DNA of 52,698 nt, from positions 1 through 52,698 of the forward strand of contig SHYM01000002.1 of assembly GCA_009692805.1 (NCBI GenBank). The letters are read 5' to 3'. Below, in pieces: positions 1 through 9,385 of this stretch (position 1 is the first letter of the stretch; each line of letters begins with the position of its first letter). The notes beneath the pieces are model-generated. The model did not search any database. It worked only from the letters and a program-made list of their open reading frames with translations, and was not told the origin of the DNA. The stretch is from Dehalococcoidia bacterium (GTDB lineage: Bacteria > Chloroflexota > Dehalococcoidia > SHYM01). Made by a program: the position numbers and the translations under genes.

Positions 1-338
1 AGTCGCGTCCAGCGAACGTCGCACCCGCGCCTCTAGCGTCTGTTTTGTCGGCTACCGATGGCTACTCTACAGAAGCCCCAGACTCTCTGTCAATCAGGTC
101 TGTAGCCCCCTTGGGGACATCACCCCGTGCCCATCTAGGAGTAGTTGGGCGCGGCGTCAGGAGTTGGCCCGGGCAAGACTGGGGTCGCCGGTATAGGGCC
201 CGCAGCTCGCTTGGGGCCATGACGTGGCCAGCCAGGGCCTGCCCTGACGGCCGCAGCGGGGTCGGTGGCCGAGGGAGCACAGAAGAAAGTGATAGAATTC
301 ACCCTGCTTCTAACCCACAGCCGGCGAGGGATACGGTC

Positions 339-1445
339 ATGGCCCGGGAGGGGACGATGCTCGAGCGCTTCAAGGTCCCAGCAGAGGACGTGGTGCGCGT
401 GCCAGAGGGATCGCTCCGCGCGACGGTGGCGTCTATCTTCGAAAGGATGGGCGTTGCCCCTGAAGTCGCGGCGGAGGGCGCCGATGTCCTGGTTATGACG
501 GACTTGCGTGGAGTCGAGACGCATGGCGTCTCCAACATGATGCGCGTCTACGTGCGGCAGTACAACGAGGGTGTTATTAACCCCCAGCCCAACTGGCACA
601 TCGTCCGCGAGACGCCGGGTACGGCGACCATAGATGCGGACCGAGGGCTGGGCATCCTGCTGGGCCGGCAGGCTATGAACATAGCCATGGAGAAGGCCCA
701 GCGGGTGGGCATCGGCGTGGTGACGATGTTCAACAGCGGCCACTTGGGTGCGGTCGGGCACTTCGCCCTGCTGGCGGCCCAGAGGGATATGGTAGGCATG
801 TGCATGACCGCTGGAGGGGCCTCGGTGTTGCCAACCTTCGCCGCCGAGGGGCGCCTGGGCGCCAACCCCATATCGATAGCCGCCCCCGCCAAGAGCGAGC
901 CGCCCTTGCTATTCGATGTGGCAACCTCGGCGATGGCGATAAACAAGATAAGGCTGGCGGCGAGGACCGGCGTCAAACTCCTGCCCGGCTGGGTGGCGAC
1001 CCCAGAGGGAGTCCCCATCATGGAGGAGATACCCGCCCCCGAGCAGGGGCCGAACATGGTGCTCCCCCTGGGCAGCACCAGGGAGCTGGGCTCCCATAAG
1101 GGCTACGGCCTGGGCCTGACGGTCGAGATCATGTCGGCGCTCCTTGCCGGCGCCCTCCCCAGCATGCTGGATAGCACCAACGGGTTCAAGAACTACTTTG
1201 CCGCCTACGATATCGCCGCCTTCACCGACGTGGCCCAATTTAAGGAAAATATGGACAAGATGCTGCAGAAGCTCCGGACCACCAGGCCCGCTCCCGGCCA
1301 TGACCGCGTTCTGTACCCAGGTCTCCTGGAATATGAGGAGGAGGGGAAGCGGAGGGCGAAGGGGATCCCGCTGCATAAGGAGGTGGTGCAGTGGTTTGAC
1401 AGCATCGCCGCCGAGCTGTCGGTGCCCCGCCTCAAGACTATGTAG
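339..1445 (+). CDS. Ldh_2-family (malate/L-lactate/sulfolactate-type) NAD(P)-dependent dehydrogenase
   Basis: ORF 45..1445. The conserved part begins MAREGTMLERF. It contains family-typical DLRGVETHGVSNMMRVY and HKGYGLG segments. The first 98 codons look like non-coding read-in, so I chose the ATG at 339 (alternative 357). Confidence 0.8.
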   Translation: MAREGTMLERFKVPAEDVVRVPEGSLRATVASIFERMGVAPEVAAEGADVLVMTDLRGVETHGVSNMMRVYVRQYNEGVINPQPNWHIVRETPGTATIDADRGLGILLGRQAMNIAMEKAQRVGIGVVTMFNSGHLGAVGHFALLAAQRDMVGMCMTAGGASVLPTFAAEGRLGANPISIAAPAKSEPPLLFDVATSAMAINKIRLAARTGVKLLPGWVATPEGVPIMEEIPAPEQGPNMVLPLGSTRELGSHKGYGLGLTVEIMSALLAGALPSMLDSTNGFKNYFAAYDIAAFTDVAQFKENMDKMLQKLRTTRPAPGHDRVLYPGLLEYEEEGKRRAKGIPLHKEVVQWFDSIAAELSVPRLKTM

Positions 1446-1502
1446 GCCGCGACGCCCTAGTGTCCTGAATTGTTAATCCGCTGACTAGACCTGATCATAG
1501 AC

Positions 1503-1662
1503 TGCACAAAAAGTCTCGTTTTCTTCGATCTAGCTCTCCCCGAGCAGGCCCTCTACCATCACCCTGGCCCCCTTCCTGGCCAGGAAGGGGGTAATATAAA
1601 ATGGAGAGAAAGGGGGGCACCCCCTTTGGCCCCCGGCAGAGGGACAAGGCCCCTCTGCACTC
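1503..1662 (+). repeat. MITE-like modular repeat, copy R1 (terminus TGCACAAAAAG, hairpin CCCCCTTCCTGGCCAGGAAGGGGG, then GGAGAGAAAGGGGGGCACCCCCTTTGGCCCCCGGCAGAGGG..CCCTCTGCACTC)
   Basis: Three consecutive palindromic hairpins are visible. The same modules recur at 13.0, 14.7, 16.4, 23.4, 26.1, 28.7, 38.1 and 45.4 kb in both orientations. Confidence 0.85.
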
Positions 1663-1740
1663 TCCTCTAGGAGATCTTGCCCAGATTTGCCGGACTTTTG
1701 GAGCGAGGCTCCTTCAAGGAGAGGAGGGAGGCACAGGAAT

Positions 1741-1792
1741 CAGGGGGGACACCCCCCAGACCCCGCCGGCAAGGGCTCTGCCCCTGCACTCC
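1741..1792 (-). repeat. Partial inverted module of the same repeat family (GGGGGGACACCCCCC hairpin plus a GCAGGGGCAGAGCCC segment)
   Basis: Its reverse complement resembles 13046-13075 and 28800-28840. Confidence 0.6.
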
Positions 1793-1865
1793 GGCTGCAC
1801 TTATCCAGCGAATCTCTGACTCGGGACACTGGCACTAGGCGCCGGTGGCGTCCGGGGGGGCGGCA

Positions 1866-2816
1866 TTATTCCAGGATGATCTCCCCGCTCTTGCCGCCGC
1901 GCTTGCGCACCAGACGGATGTCCTGGATGCGCATTCCCCGGTCCACCGCCTTGGCCATGTCGTATACGGTCAGGGCGGCCACCGCGACTGCCGTCAGCGC
2001 CTCCATCTCCACTCCCGTCTTGCCCGTGGAGCGCACCGTGGCCTCGATGTCGATGGCGGCAGGCGGGTCGGGCGCCAGGGCCACCTGGATGTCCGTGAGC
2101 GATAAGGGGTGGCAGAGGGGGATGAGCTCGGCCGTGCGCTTGGCCGCCATGATCCCCGCCAGGCGGGCGGTGGCCAGGACGTCGCCTTTGGGAAGGCCCC
2201 CCTTCTGTATCAGGGCGAGGGTGGCGGGCTGCATGACGATGCGTCCCCGCGCCACCGCCTCGCGCTGGGTGTCGGCCTTGGCCCCCACGTCCACCATCCG
2301 GGCCTGACCCTGAGCGTCCAGGTGAGTGAGGGCGGGCTCCGAGGGGGACGCCATCGGTTGCAGGAGCTCCTGCACCCAGGGCGGCGGCGTTGCGCCCCGG
2401 GATGCCGCCTCGGCCAGGGCGTTAGCTACCTCGTTCCAGCGCTGGCCGCTGTGGCCAGCCACCCACTCCCAGATCACGGTGCGCTGGGCCGCCAGGGCGT
2501 CCAGCTGCGCCCAGAGGTCCAGGTTCGCCTTGCGCTGGTAAGGGCGTCCGTAGCGCGGGTGGGGGGACATGGAGTAGACCAGGTACTCGCTGTCGCTCCG
2601 CAGCACTACACGCGTGCCGGGCTCCAGGGCCTGCAAGCCTTCGATGGCCGCGGTCAGCTCCATGCGTTGGCTGGTGGTCTTGTCGGCGCGCCCCTGCAGG
2701 GCCTTACGGGGAGTCCCGCCGTGGAGGACGACAGCCGCCCAGCCGCCGGGTCCGCTGCGGCCCTGGTAGGAGCAGGCGCCGTCGGTATAGAGCTCGACGT
2801 CTTCGGGGGCTTTCAT
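1866..2816 (-). CDS. moaC: Fusion protein: RNase HI domain (N-terminal) plus cyclic pyranopterin monophosphate synthase MoaC (C-terminal)
   Basis: Residues 1-140 align with E. coli RNase HI ([50 protein letters not shown]). Residues about 163-316 align with MoaC ([69 protein letters not shown]). There is no stop codon between the two parts. Confidence 0.85.
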   Translation of the reverse strand: MKAPEDVELYTDGACSYQGRSGPGGWAAVVLHGGTPRKALQGRADKTTSQRMELTAAIEGLQALEPGTRVVLRSDSEYLVYSMSPHPRYGRPYQRKANLDLWAQLDALAAQRTVIWEWVAGHSGQRWNEVANALAEAASRGATPPPWVQELLQPMASPSEPALTHLDAQGQARMVDVGAKADTQREAVARGRIVMQPATLALIQKGGLPKGDVLATARLAGIMAAKRTAELIPLCHPLSLTDIQVALAPDPPAAIDIEATVRSTGKTGVEMEALTAVAVAALTVYDMAKAVDRGMRIQDIRLVRKRGGKSGEIILE

Positions 2817-2892
2817 GGCGGGCGCGGCTACCTCCGGTCAGACCTGAAGTGGTTCAGACAGACTGTGGAGTGTGGCCTTGCGGACCGGAGGG

Positions 2893-3918
2893 CTACCCAC
2901 CGATCTGGGACATGTGCCGTAGCTGGGGCGTCACGCCCAGCCCCAGGCGGTGGCTCTCACGCTTGCCCTCCACCGTGTCCTGGAAGAGCTGCGCCAGCTG
3001 TGTGTCAGAGATGCCCGAGCGCAGGGGCGCCCTCAGGTCCACCTCGTCGTCCTGCAGGAGACAGGGCCGCAGCTTGCCCTCGGCGGTGAGCCGCAGCCGG
3101 TTGCAGCGGGCGCAGAAGTGCTCCTCGCTCACGGCGCTGATGAAGCCGATGCTGCCGGCGGAGCCGGGCACGCGGAAGTAGCGGGCGGGCCCGTTGCCCG
3201 GCACCTCGGCGGGCTCCAGGGAACCGTAGGACGCTTCGATGGCGGTCCTGATCTCCGCTTCCGGCAGGTAGGCGCCATCCAGGCCGCCGCCGTGGCAGTC
3301 CTGGTTCTGCTCCTCGGGGAAGGGCATCAGCTCGATGAAGCGGACGTGCCAGCCTTCCTCCACGGTAAGGCGGGCGAAGTCCAGGACCTCATCGTCGTTG
3401 ACGCCGCGCATGGAAACGACGTTGATCTTGACCGGATCCAGGCCTACCGCCCTGGCCGCCGCGATGCCAGCCAGCACGTCCTGCCGGCTGCCCGTGCCCC
3501 GGGCGATGCGGTCGAAACGCTCCGGCTTGAGGGTGTCCAGGCTGATAGTTACCCGGTCCAGGCCGGCGTCCTTCAGCTCTTGGGCGTAGCGCCCCAGGAG
3601 GACGCCGTTGGTGGTCATGGTGATCTCTTCGACGCCGGGGATGCTGTGGAGGGAGCGGATGAGGGCCGGCACCTCCCGCCGCACCAGGGGCTCTCCCCCG
3701 GTTATCTTGAGCTTGCTGATGCCCAGGCCGGCGGCGACCCGCACGATGCGGGCGATCTCCTCGAAGGTCAAGACCTGGCTGCGGGGGAGGAAGCCGTTGA
3801 AGTCCGCCGGCATGCAGTAGAGGCAGCGGAAGTTGCAGCGGTCGGTGACGGATATGCGCAGGTACTTGTGAACCCGCTGGAAGCGGTCTTGCAGCACGGG
3901 TAGAAATACCGTCGTCAC
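2893..3918 (-). CDS. moaA: GTP 3',8-cyclase MoaA (radical SAM)
   Basis: Contains YLRISVTDRCNFRCLYCMP (a CxxxCxxC radical SAM motif) and a C-terminal FCARCNRLRLTAEGKLRPCL segment. I chose the GTG at 3918, which overlaps the rdgB stop as GTGA. The upstream part of ORF 2893..4125 overlaps rdgB. Confidence 0.85.
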   Translation of the reverse strand: MTTVFLPVLQDRFQRVHKYLRISVTDRCNFRCLYCMPADFNGFLPRSQVLTFEEIARIVRVAAGLGISKLKITGGEPLVRREVPALIRSLHSIPGVEEITMTTNGVLLGRYAQELKDAGLDRVTISLDTLKPERFDRIARGTGSRQDVLAGIAAARAVGLDPVKINVVSMRGVNDDEVLDFARLTVEEGWHVRFIELMPFPEEQNQDCHGGGLDGAYLPEAEIRTAIEASYGSLEPAEVPGNGPARYFRVPGSAGSIGFISAVSEEHFCARCNRLRLTAEGKLRPCLLQDDEVDLRAPLRSGISDTQLAQLFQDTVEGKRESHRLGLGVTPQLRHMSQIGG

Positions 3919-4529
3919 GCCCGGGCCCCCGCCATCCGCAGCTCCAGGACCTGACGCGCTTTCAAGGCTGCCCGGCCCCGGTGGCTGTACAGGTTCTTGA
4001 GCCCTGGCCGCGCCTCGGCCAAGGTAGCGCCCAGCTCCGGAACATAGAATATAGGGTCGTAGCCGAAGCCGCCGTCGCCCCGCGGCTGGAGGGCTATGAG
4101 CCCATCCAGGGAGGCCTCCCAGCACGTGAGGTCGCCCTTGGGCGTGGCCAGGGCCATGACGCAGCGAAAGCGGGCGCGCCGCTGCTCGCCTTGGCAGCCC
4201 AGCAGGCGCTCCAGGATAAGCTCGAACCGCTGCGGATAGCTCAGCTCCTCGCCGCCGTAGCGGGCGGAATACACTCCGGGCTCTCCCCCCAGGGCCTCGA
4301 TCTCCAGGCCGGAGTCGTCGGCCAGGGTCAGCAGCCCGCTGGCCGCGGCGTAGCCCTGGGCCTTGATGGCGGCGTTCTCTTCAAAAGTGGCGCCCGTCTC
4401 GGCTATCTGGAGGGGGCGCTTCAGCTTCACCTCGGTGGGGTCCACGAACCTGTACTCCAGCCCCTTTAGAAGCTGGCGGAGCTCGAGGAGTTTGCTGGGG
4501 TTGCTGGTGCCCAGAAGCAGCTTGTCCAT
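3915..4529 (-). CDS. rdgB: Non-canonical purine NTP pyrophosphatase (RdgB/HAM1 family)
   Basis: Contains MDKLLLGTSNPSKLLEL, ADDSGLEIEALGGEPGVYSARY, GFGYDPIF and SHRGRA. Confidence 0.9.
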   Translation of the reverse strand: MDKLLLGTSNPSKLLELRQLLKGLEYRFVDPTEVKLKRPLQIAETGATFEENAAIKAQGYAAASGLLTLADDSGLEIEALGGEPGVYSARYGGEELSYPQRFELILERLLGCQGEQRRARFRCVMALATPKGDLTCWEASLDGLIALQPRGDGGFGYDPIFYVPELGATLAEARPGLKNLYSHRGRAALKARQVLELRMAGARA

Positions 4530-4585
4530 CGCTTCTAGTATACGCGCTCGAGCAAGGGGAACAGGGTGGAGGAGGGGTGCGGCGC

Positions 4586-5986
4586 TTAGACTTCGGCCTT
4601 GGTGAGGGTGGCTAGGAATTCGGCGTTGCTCTTGGTCTTGGCCAGCCGCTCCAGGACCCGTTCGGTGGGGTCGTTCTGGTTGTTGGCGCTCTGGCTGATC
4701 AGGGAAACCATGCGGCGCAGGAGCCAGACCTGGCGCAGGGTCTGCTCGTCAAGGAGCAGCTCCTCGCGGCGAGTGCTGGAGCGCGGGATGTCCACCGCGG
4801 GATAGACCCGGCGATCGGCCAGCCGGCGGTCCAGGTGCAACTCCAAGTTGCCGGTGCCTTTGAACTCCTCATAGATGACGTCGTCCATGCGGGAGCCGGT
4901 GTCGACGAGGCAGGTGGCGATGATGGTCAATGACCCGCCCTCTTCGGTGTTGCGGGCGGCCCCGAAGAAGCGCTTGGGGGGATAGAGGGCGATGGGGTCG
5001 ATGCCGCCGGAGAGGGTGCGGCCGCTGGAGGGCACGGCCAGGTTATAAGCCCGCGTCAGGCGGGTGATGCTGTCCATGAGGATGACTACATCCTTGCCGC
5101 CCTCCACCAGCCGTTTGGCCCGCTCCAGGGCCATCTCCGCCACCCGGGTGTGGTCCTCTACCGGCTCGTCGAAGGTGGAGCTGATGACCTCGCCCACGAT
5201 GGAGCGCTTCATGTCGGTGACCTCCTCCGGCCGCTCGCCGATGAGGAGGACCATGAGATGGATCTCGGGATGGTTGGCGGCGATTCCGTTGGCGATGTGC
5301 TTGAGGATGAAGGTTTTGCCCGCCTTGGGCGGGGAGACGATAAGCCCGCGCTGGCCGCGGCCGATGGGCGCGATGAGGTCCATAATGCGGCCGGTTAGGT
5401 TGGCGGACGTTGTCTCCAACTTGATCTGGGTGTGGGGGAAGATGGCGGTGAAGTTCTCGTAATAAGGACGCTGTTTGGCTACATCGGGGTCGAGGCTGTT
5501 GACGGCCTCGACCCGCAGCAGGCCGTGGTACTTCTCCCCGGCCTTGGGGGTGCGGACCTGGCCGGTGACCATGTCGCCAGTGCGCAGCCCGAAACGGCGT
5601 ATTTGAGACTGGGAGACGTACACGTCGTTGATCCCGGGCAGGAGGGTATCGTGGCGCAGGAATCCATAGCCATCGTCGGTGATCTCCAGCACGCCCCCGC
5701 TGAAGATGTTGCCCTCGCGCTGCGCCTGAGTCTGAAGGAGGCGAAGCACGATCTCGTGCTTCTTCATGGCGCCGGCGCTGGGGAGGCCGAGCTCCTGGGC
5801 GATAGCCATGAGCTCTTCGCGCGTCTTGGCCTCCAGCTCCACCATGCTCATGGACCTGGGGATGTTTGGCCTGCGCTCATGCTCGGCGGGGGCCTCGGCT
5901 CCTTCAGGTGGGGATTGGACGCCGTTGCCGTTGGCCGGGCTTAGCGCGGGGCTGATTGGGGGCCGTTCGTCGAGAGGACTATACAT
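4586..5986 (-). CDS. rho: Transcription termination factor Rho, with a low-complexity N-terminal extension of about 45 aa
   Basis: Contains an N-terminal Rho helix ([11 protein letters not shown]), the RNA-binding domain (GYGFLR), a Walker A motif (PPKAGKT) and the C-terminal [18 protein letters not shown]. Confidence 0.95.
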   Translation of the reverse strand: MYSPLDERPPISPALSPANGNGVQSPPEGAEAPAEHERRPNIPRSMSMVELEAKTREELMAIAQELGLPSAGAMKKHEIVLRLLQTQAQREGNIFSGGVLEITDDGYGFLRHDTLLPGINDVYVSQSQIRRFGLRTGDMVTGQVRTPKAGEKYHGLLRVEAVNSLDPDVAKQRPYYENFTAIFPHTQIKLETTSANLTGRIMDLIAPIGRGQRGLIVSPPKAGKTFILKHIANGIAANHPEIHLMVLLIGERPEEVTDMKRSIVGEVISSTFDEPVEDHTRVAEMALERAKRLVEGGKDVVILMDSITRLTRAYNLAVPSSGRTLSGGIDPIALYPPKRFFGAARNTEEGGSLTIIATCLVDTGSRMDDVIYEEFKGTGNLELHLDRRLADRRVYPAVDIPRSSTRREELLLDEQTLRQVWLLRRMVSLISQSANNQNDPTERVLERLAKTKSNAEFLATLTKAEV

Positions 5987-6042
5987 GCGACTGAAGCAAC
6001 CTGGGGGCGAAGTTACGGGAACGTATTGCGTGAGGCACTCTA

Positions 6043-6071
6043 TTTATAGCGGTATTCCCCCCCTATGTCAA
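6043..6071 (-). promoter_or_regulatory. Candidate sigma70-type promoter for rho (TTGACA, 17 nt, TATAAA)
   Basis: The minus strand reads TTGACA (6071..6066), a 17-nt spacer, then TATAAA (6048..6043), about 55 nt upstream of the rho ATG. The -35 element overlaps the tal stop codon. Confidence 0.5.
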
Positions 6072-6736
6072 CCTACCCGCGCCAGGGGCGCCTTGGCGAC
6101 GGCGTTCCAGTCCTTCAGGAACGCGGCCAGTCCCAGGTCGGTGAGGGGATGCTTCACCATCGCCATGAGGACTTTGTGGGGGATCGTGGCGATGTGGGCC
6201 CCCGCTTTGGCGGCTGCTACCACGTGTAGGGGATGGCGCAGGCTGGCGGCGAGCACCTGGGTTGTGATGCCATAATGCTGGTAGACCGCCACGATGTCCG
6301 CCACGACGGCCATGCCGTCGTGACCGGCGTCGTCGAGCCGGCCCACGAAGGGGCTGACGTAGCTGCTGCCGGCCTGGGCGCCCAGCAGCGCTTGGTTAAC
6401 GGAAAAGCAGAGGGTCTGGTTGATCCGAATGCCCTCCTTGGATAGCGTGGAGATGGCCTCGAACCCCTCCTCGGTGCTGGGGATCTTGACCACCACGTTG
6501 GGGTGCCAGGAGGCGATGCGGCGCCCCTCTTCCAGCATGGCCCGGACGTCGGTGCTCACCACCTCGGCCGAGATGGGGCCCTCGATAAGGCGGCAGATCT
6601 CCAGGACGCGGGTGCGGTAGTCGCTGGTGCCCTCCTTGGCCACCAGGGAGGGGTTGGTGGTGATCCCGCTGACGACGCCGAGGCGGGCGCCGTAGCGTAT
6701 CTCGTCCAGGTTGGCGGTATCGAGGAAGATACGCAT
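6068..6736 (-). CDS. tal: Transaldolase / fructose-6-phosphate aldolase family (short type)
   Basis: Begins MRIFLDTANLDEI, followed by GITTNPSL and VVKIPST. I chose the ATG at 6736, which has GGAG 5 nt upstream. Confidence 0.9.
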   Translation of the reverse strand: MRIFLDTANLDEIRYGARLGVVSGITTNPSLVAKEGTSDYRTRVLEICRLIEGPISAEVVSTDVRAMLEEGRRIASWHPNVVVKIPSTEEGFEAISTLSKEGIRINQTLCFSVNQALLGAQAGSSYVSPFVGRLDDAGHDGMAVVADIVAVYQHYGITTQVLAASLRHPLHVVAAAKAGAHIATIPHKVLMAMVKHPLTDLGLAAFLKDWNAVAKAPLARVG

Positions 6737-6755
6737 CGCCACTCCTATTCTGGTC

Positions 6756-8390
6756 TCATAGCGCAGCCAGTGGCAAGGGATGCTGGCCGCCCTCCCGGAT
6801 CACATCCTTGGCGGCGCCGATGAAGTCGCGGAAGAGGGGATTGGGGCGGTTGGGCCGGCTGGTGAACTCGGGGTGGGCCTGGGTGCCCAGCATCCAGGGG
6901 TGGTCGGCCAGCTCCACGATCTCCACCAGCAGCCCATCGGGCGAGAGGCCGGTGGCGCGCAGCCCCTCCGCCTCCAGGGTCTCGCGGTAGCTGTTGTTGA
7001 ACTCAAAGCGATGGCGGTGGCGCTCGGCGGCGACGGGGGCTCCATAGGCGCGCGCGGCCCGGCTGCCGGACAGCAGGTTGCACGGGTAGAGGCCCAGGCG
7101 CATGGTGGCGCCCTTCTGCTTGACGTGGCGTTGCTCAGGGAGTATGTCGATGACCGGGTTGGGCGTGTCGGCGTCGAACTCGGTGGAGTGGGCGGGCGCG
7201 TGTAGAACGTGGCGGGCGAACTCGATCGTCATCACCTGCATCCCCAGGCAGAGGCCCAGGTAGGGCACCCGCCGTTCACGGGCGTAGCGGGCCGCCAGGA
7301 TCATCCCCTCCACCCCGCGCGGGCCGAAGCCGCCGGGGACCACGATGCCCTGGGCGGAGCGGATCAACCGATCGGGGTCTCCGCGCTCCAGCTCCTCCGC
7401 CGGGACCCAGTTGATCTTAACCTCCCGCTGGTGGTGGACCCCGGCGTGGCAGAGGGCCTCCTTGACGGATAAATAGGCGTCTCGTAGCTCCACGTACTTG
7501 CCCACCAGGGCGATCTCCACCGGGGGCTTGGGCGCCCGGATTTGTTCGACGAAGCAGCGCCAGTCATGCAGGTCGTGGGTGGCGGCGGGGAGTCGCAGCA
7601 TCTCCTCCAGCAGCTCCCCCAGCCCCATCTCTTCCAGGAGCAACGGGACTTCGTAGATGCTCTGGACGGTGGGCAGGGGCACCACGGCGCGGACGTCCAC
7701 GTCGCAGAAGAGGGCGATCTTGTCTTTGATCTCGTCGCTCAGGGGCTGCTCGCTGCGGCAGACGATGATATCGGGCTGGATGCCGATGCCGCGGAGTTCC
7801 TTCACGCTGTGCTGGGTAGGCTTCGTTTTGAGTTCCCCGGTGGAGGCGATGTAGGGCACGTAGGTGAGGTGGACGTAGAGGACGTTGTCCCGCCCCACGT
7901 CCTTCCGCAGCTGCCGGATCGCCTCTAGGAAGGGGAGCCCCTCGATGTCGCCCACGGTGCCCCCGACCTCCACGATGACGACTTCCGCGCCGCTCTCCTT
8001 GGCGGCACTGGTGATGCGGACCTTGATCTCGTTGGTTACGTGGGGCACCACCTGCACGGTGCCTCCTAGGAAGTCGCCCCGGCGCTCCTTGAGCATGGTC
8101 TCGGTGTAGATCTGGCCTGAGGTGACGTTGGAGGAGCGGGTGAGGTTGACGTCCATGAAACGCTCGTAGTGGCCCAGGTCCAGATCGGTCTCGGCCCCGT
8201 CCTGGGTGACGAACACCTCGCCGTGCTGGTAGGGGGACATGGTGCCAGGGTCCACGTTGAGATAGGGGTCCAGCTTCTGGACGAAGACGGAGATGCCGCG
8301 GCTCCTGAGCAGGCGCCCCAGGGAGGATACGGTGATCCCCTTGCCGATGGAGCTGATCACGCCGCCGGTCACAAAGATGTACTTTGCCAT
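6756..8390 (-). CDS. pyrG: CTP synthase
   Basis: Begins [18 protein letters not shown]. Contains the glutamine amidotransferase region ([15 protein letters not shown]) and is 544 aa. Confidence 0.95.
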   Translation of the reverse strand: MAKYIFVTGGVISSIGKGITVSSLGRLLRSRGISVFVQKLDPYLNVDPGTMSPYQHGEVFVTQDGAETDLDLGHYERFMDVNLTRSSNVTSGQIYTETMLKERRGDFLGGTVQVVPHVTNEIKVRITSAAKESGAEVVIVEVGGTVGDIEGLPFLEAIRQLRKDVGRDNVLYVHLTYVPYIASTGELKTKPTQHSVKELRGIGIQPDIIVCRSEQPLSDEIKDKIALFCDVDVRAVVPLPTVQSIYEVPLLLEEMGLGELLEEMLRLPAATHDLHDWRCFVEQIRAPKPPVEIALVGKYVELRDAYLSVKEALCHAGVHHQREVKINWVPAEELERGDPDRLIRSAQGIVVPGGFGPRGVEGMILAARYARERRVPYLGLCLGMQVMTIEFARHVLHAPAHSTEFDADTPNPVIDILPEQRHVKQKGATMRLGLYPCNLLSGSRAARAYGAPVAAERHRHRFEFNNSYRETLEAEGLRATGLSPDGLLVEIVELADHPWMLGTQAHPEFTSRPNRPNPLFRDFIGAAKDVIREGGQHPLPLAAL

Positions 8391-8566
8391 ACCTCTATTC
8401 AGGGCATGCCAACCTTGGGCCTGGATGCCTAAAGGGTTCGTAGTGGAGGCTCGCCCACCGCCAGAGCCTGTGGGGCTCCGGGCAGCTCGCGAAAGGTAGG
8501 GGCCGGGTCAAAGTCACGTAGGCCTGGCCTCTTGGGGAGCGCGGGGTTTCATACCGGCTTCAGGAC

Positions 8567-8597
8567 ATTATACACGCTGGCCGGCCCCAAGTGTCAA
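8567..8597 (-). promoter_or_regulatory. Candidate promoter for pyrG (TTGACA, 19 nt, TATAAT), implying a leader of about 170 nt
   Basis: The minus strand reads TTGACActtggggccggccagcgtgTATAAT. Both hexamers are perfect, but the 19-nt spacer is longer than optimal. Confidence 0.35.
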
Positions 8598-8817
8598 GGC
8601 GAGTGTAGTCGTTCTCGCTACAGGTGCGGCCTTGGCGATCGGGCTCGGCGCGCTCACGAGGGCCAGATGGAGGGGAACCAGGCGCCGCCGGTCTGGATGG
8701 ATCGCGAGAAGGCCAGGTCGGGGTTATCGCGGCTCGCTGGCCCCATGGCGCTGGGCCGGGGCGGGGCGGCTGGTTTTCGGGGGCGCCGCTTGGGGAGGGG
8801 ACCTCCAAGGGACCGTG

Positions 8818-9357
8818 CTAGCTGGCGCGGCCGGGGGCCCGCTGGAGCGCCAGGGCGATCTTTTCCTGGGGCGACAGGGCTGAAAGGTCGGGGGCCCGGC
8901 GCAAGGGGGCGCCTGCCGGGAGGCGTCCGGCCTGGTTGGTGGCCTCCAGTTTGGCCTTGATGCGCTCCACCATGGCGAGGGCTCTCCCGTAGGAGCGCTC
9001 CACTTCCTCGGGGGTGGAGCCCTGCACAAGCTCCTCGGGGACCTCGGGCGCGGCGGCCAGCAGCAGCCGCCGGACGGCGCCCGCGGAGGCCAGCAAGCCC
9101 TCGCGGAGGGCGGCCGCCTCGCCGACGGCGGCTGCGCCTGCCTGCTGAGCAGCCTCGACCGTCCGCTGGCCCTGGGCCAGCTCCGTCTCCCGCTGCCTGA
9201 GCTGTTGGCGCAGCCCCTCGATCTCGCCCTGCTGGGCCTCGATGATCCGCAGGCGGGGGTCGGCGCCTTCGCCATCGGCTACAGCACTGGCGCCGACTGC
9301 CGGCGCGTCCTGATTTAAGGAAAGAGGGCTGTCTATGACTGTTACGGGTGCTTCCAT
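8818..9357 (-). CDS. Uncharacterised Ala/Gln/Glu-rich coiled-coil protein (179 aa) behind a predicted LexA-controlled promoter
   Basis: I chose the ATG at 9357, which has GGAGGG 8 nt upstream. The sequence begins MEAPVTVIDSPLS. The central part looks heptad-like (EIEGLRQQLRQRETELAQGQRTVEAAQQ). I see no TM segment and recognise no family. Confidence 0.6.
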   Translation of the reverse strand: MEAPVTVIDSPLSLNQDAPAVGASAVADGEGADPRLRIIEAQQGEIEGLRQQLRQRETELAQGQRTVEAAQQAGAAAVGEAAALREGLLASAGAVRRLLLAAAPEVPEELVQGSTPEEVERSYGRALAMVERIKAKLEATNQAGRLPAGAPLRRAPDLSALSPQEKIALALQRAPGRAS

Positions 9358-9385
9358 CGCCGTTTTCCCTCCATAAAGTGGGAAC

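Noticed and set aside
45-338. N-terminal 98-codon extension of the Ldh_2 ORF.
   Set aside because: The sequence is Arg/Gly/Ser/Pro-rich with no homology. The conserved protein starts at MAREGTMLERF, so I treated the extension as upstream read-in.
8598-8817. About 220 nt of unassigned GC-rich sequence between the candidate pyrG promoter and the coiled-coil gene. I checked it for tmRNA, SRP RNA, 6S RNA and RNase P motifs.
   Set aside because: I found no tRNA-like end, no SRP domain IV consensus (GGAA..GCAGC context) and no other conserved RNA signature. I leave it unassigned rather than calling an RNA gene.
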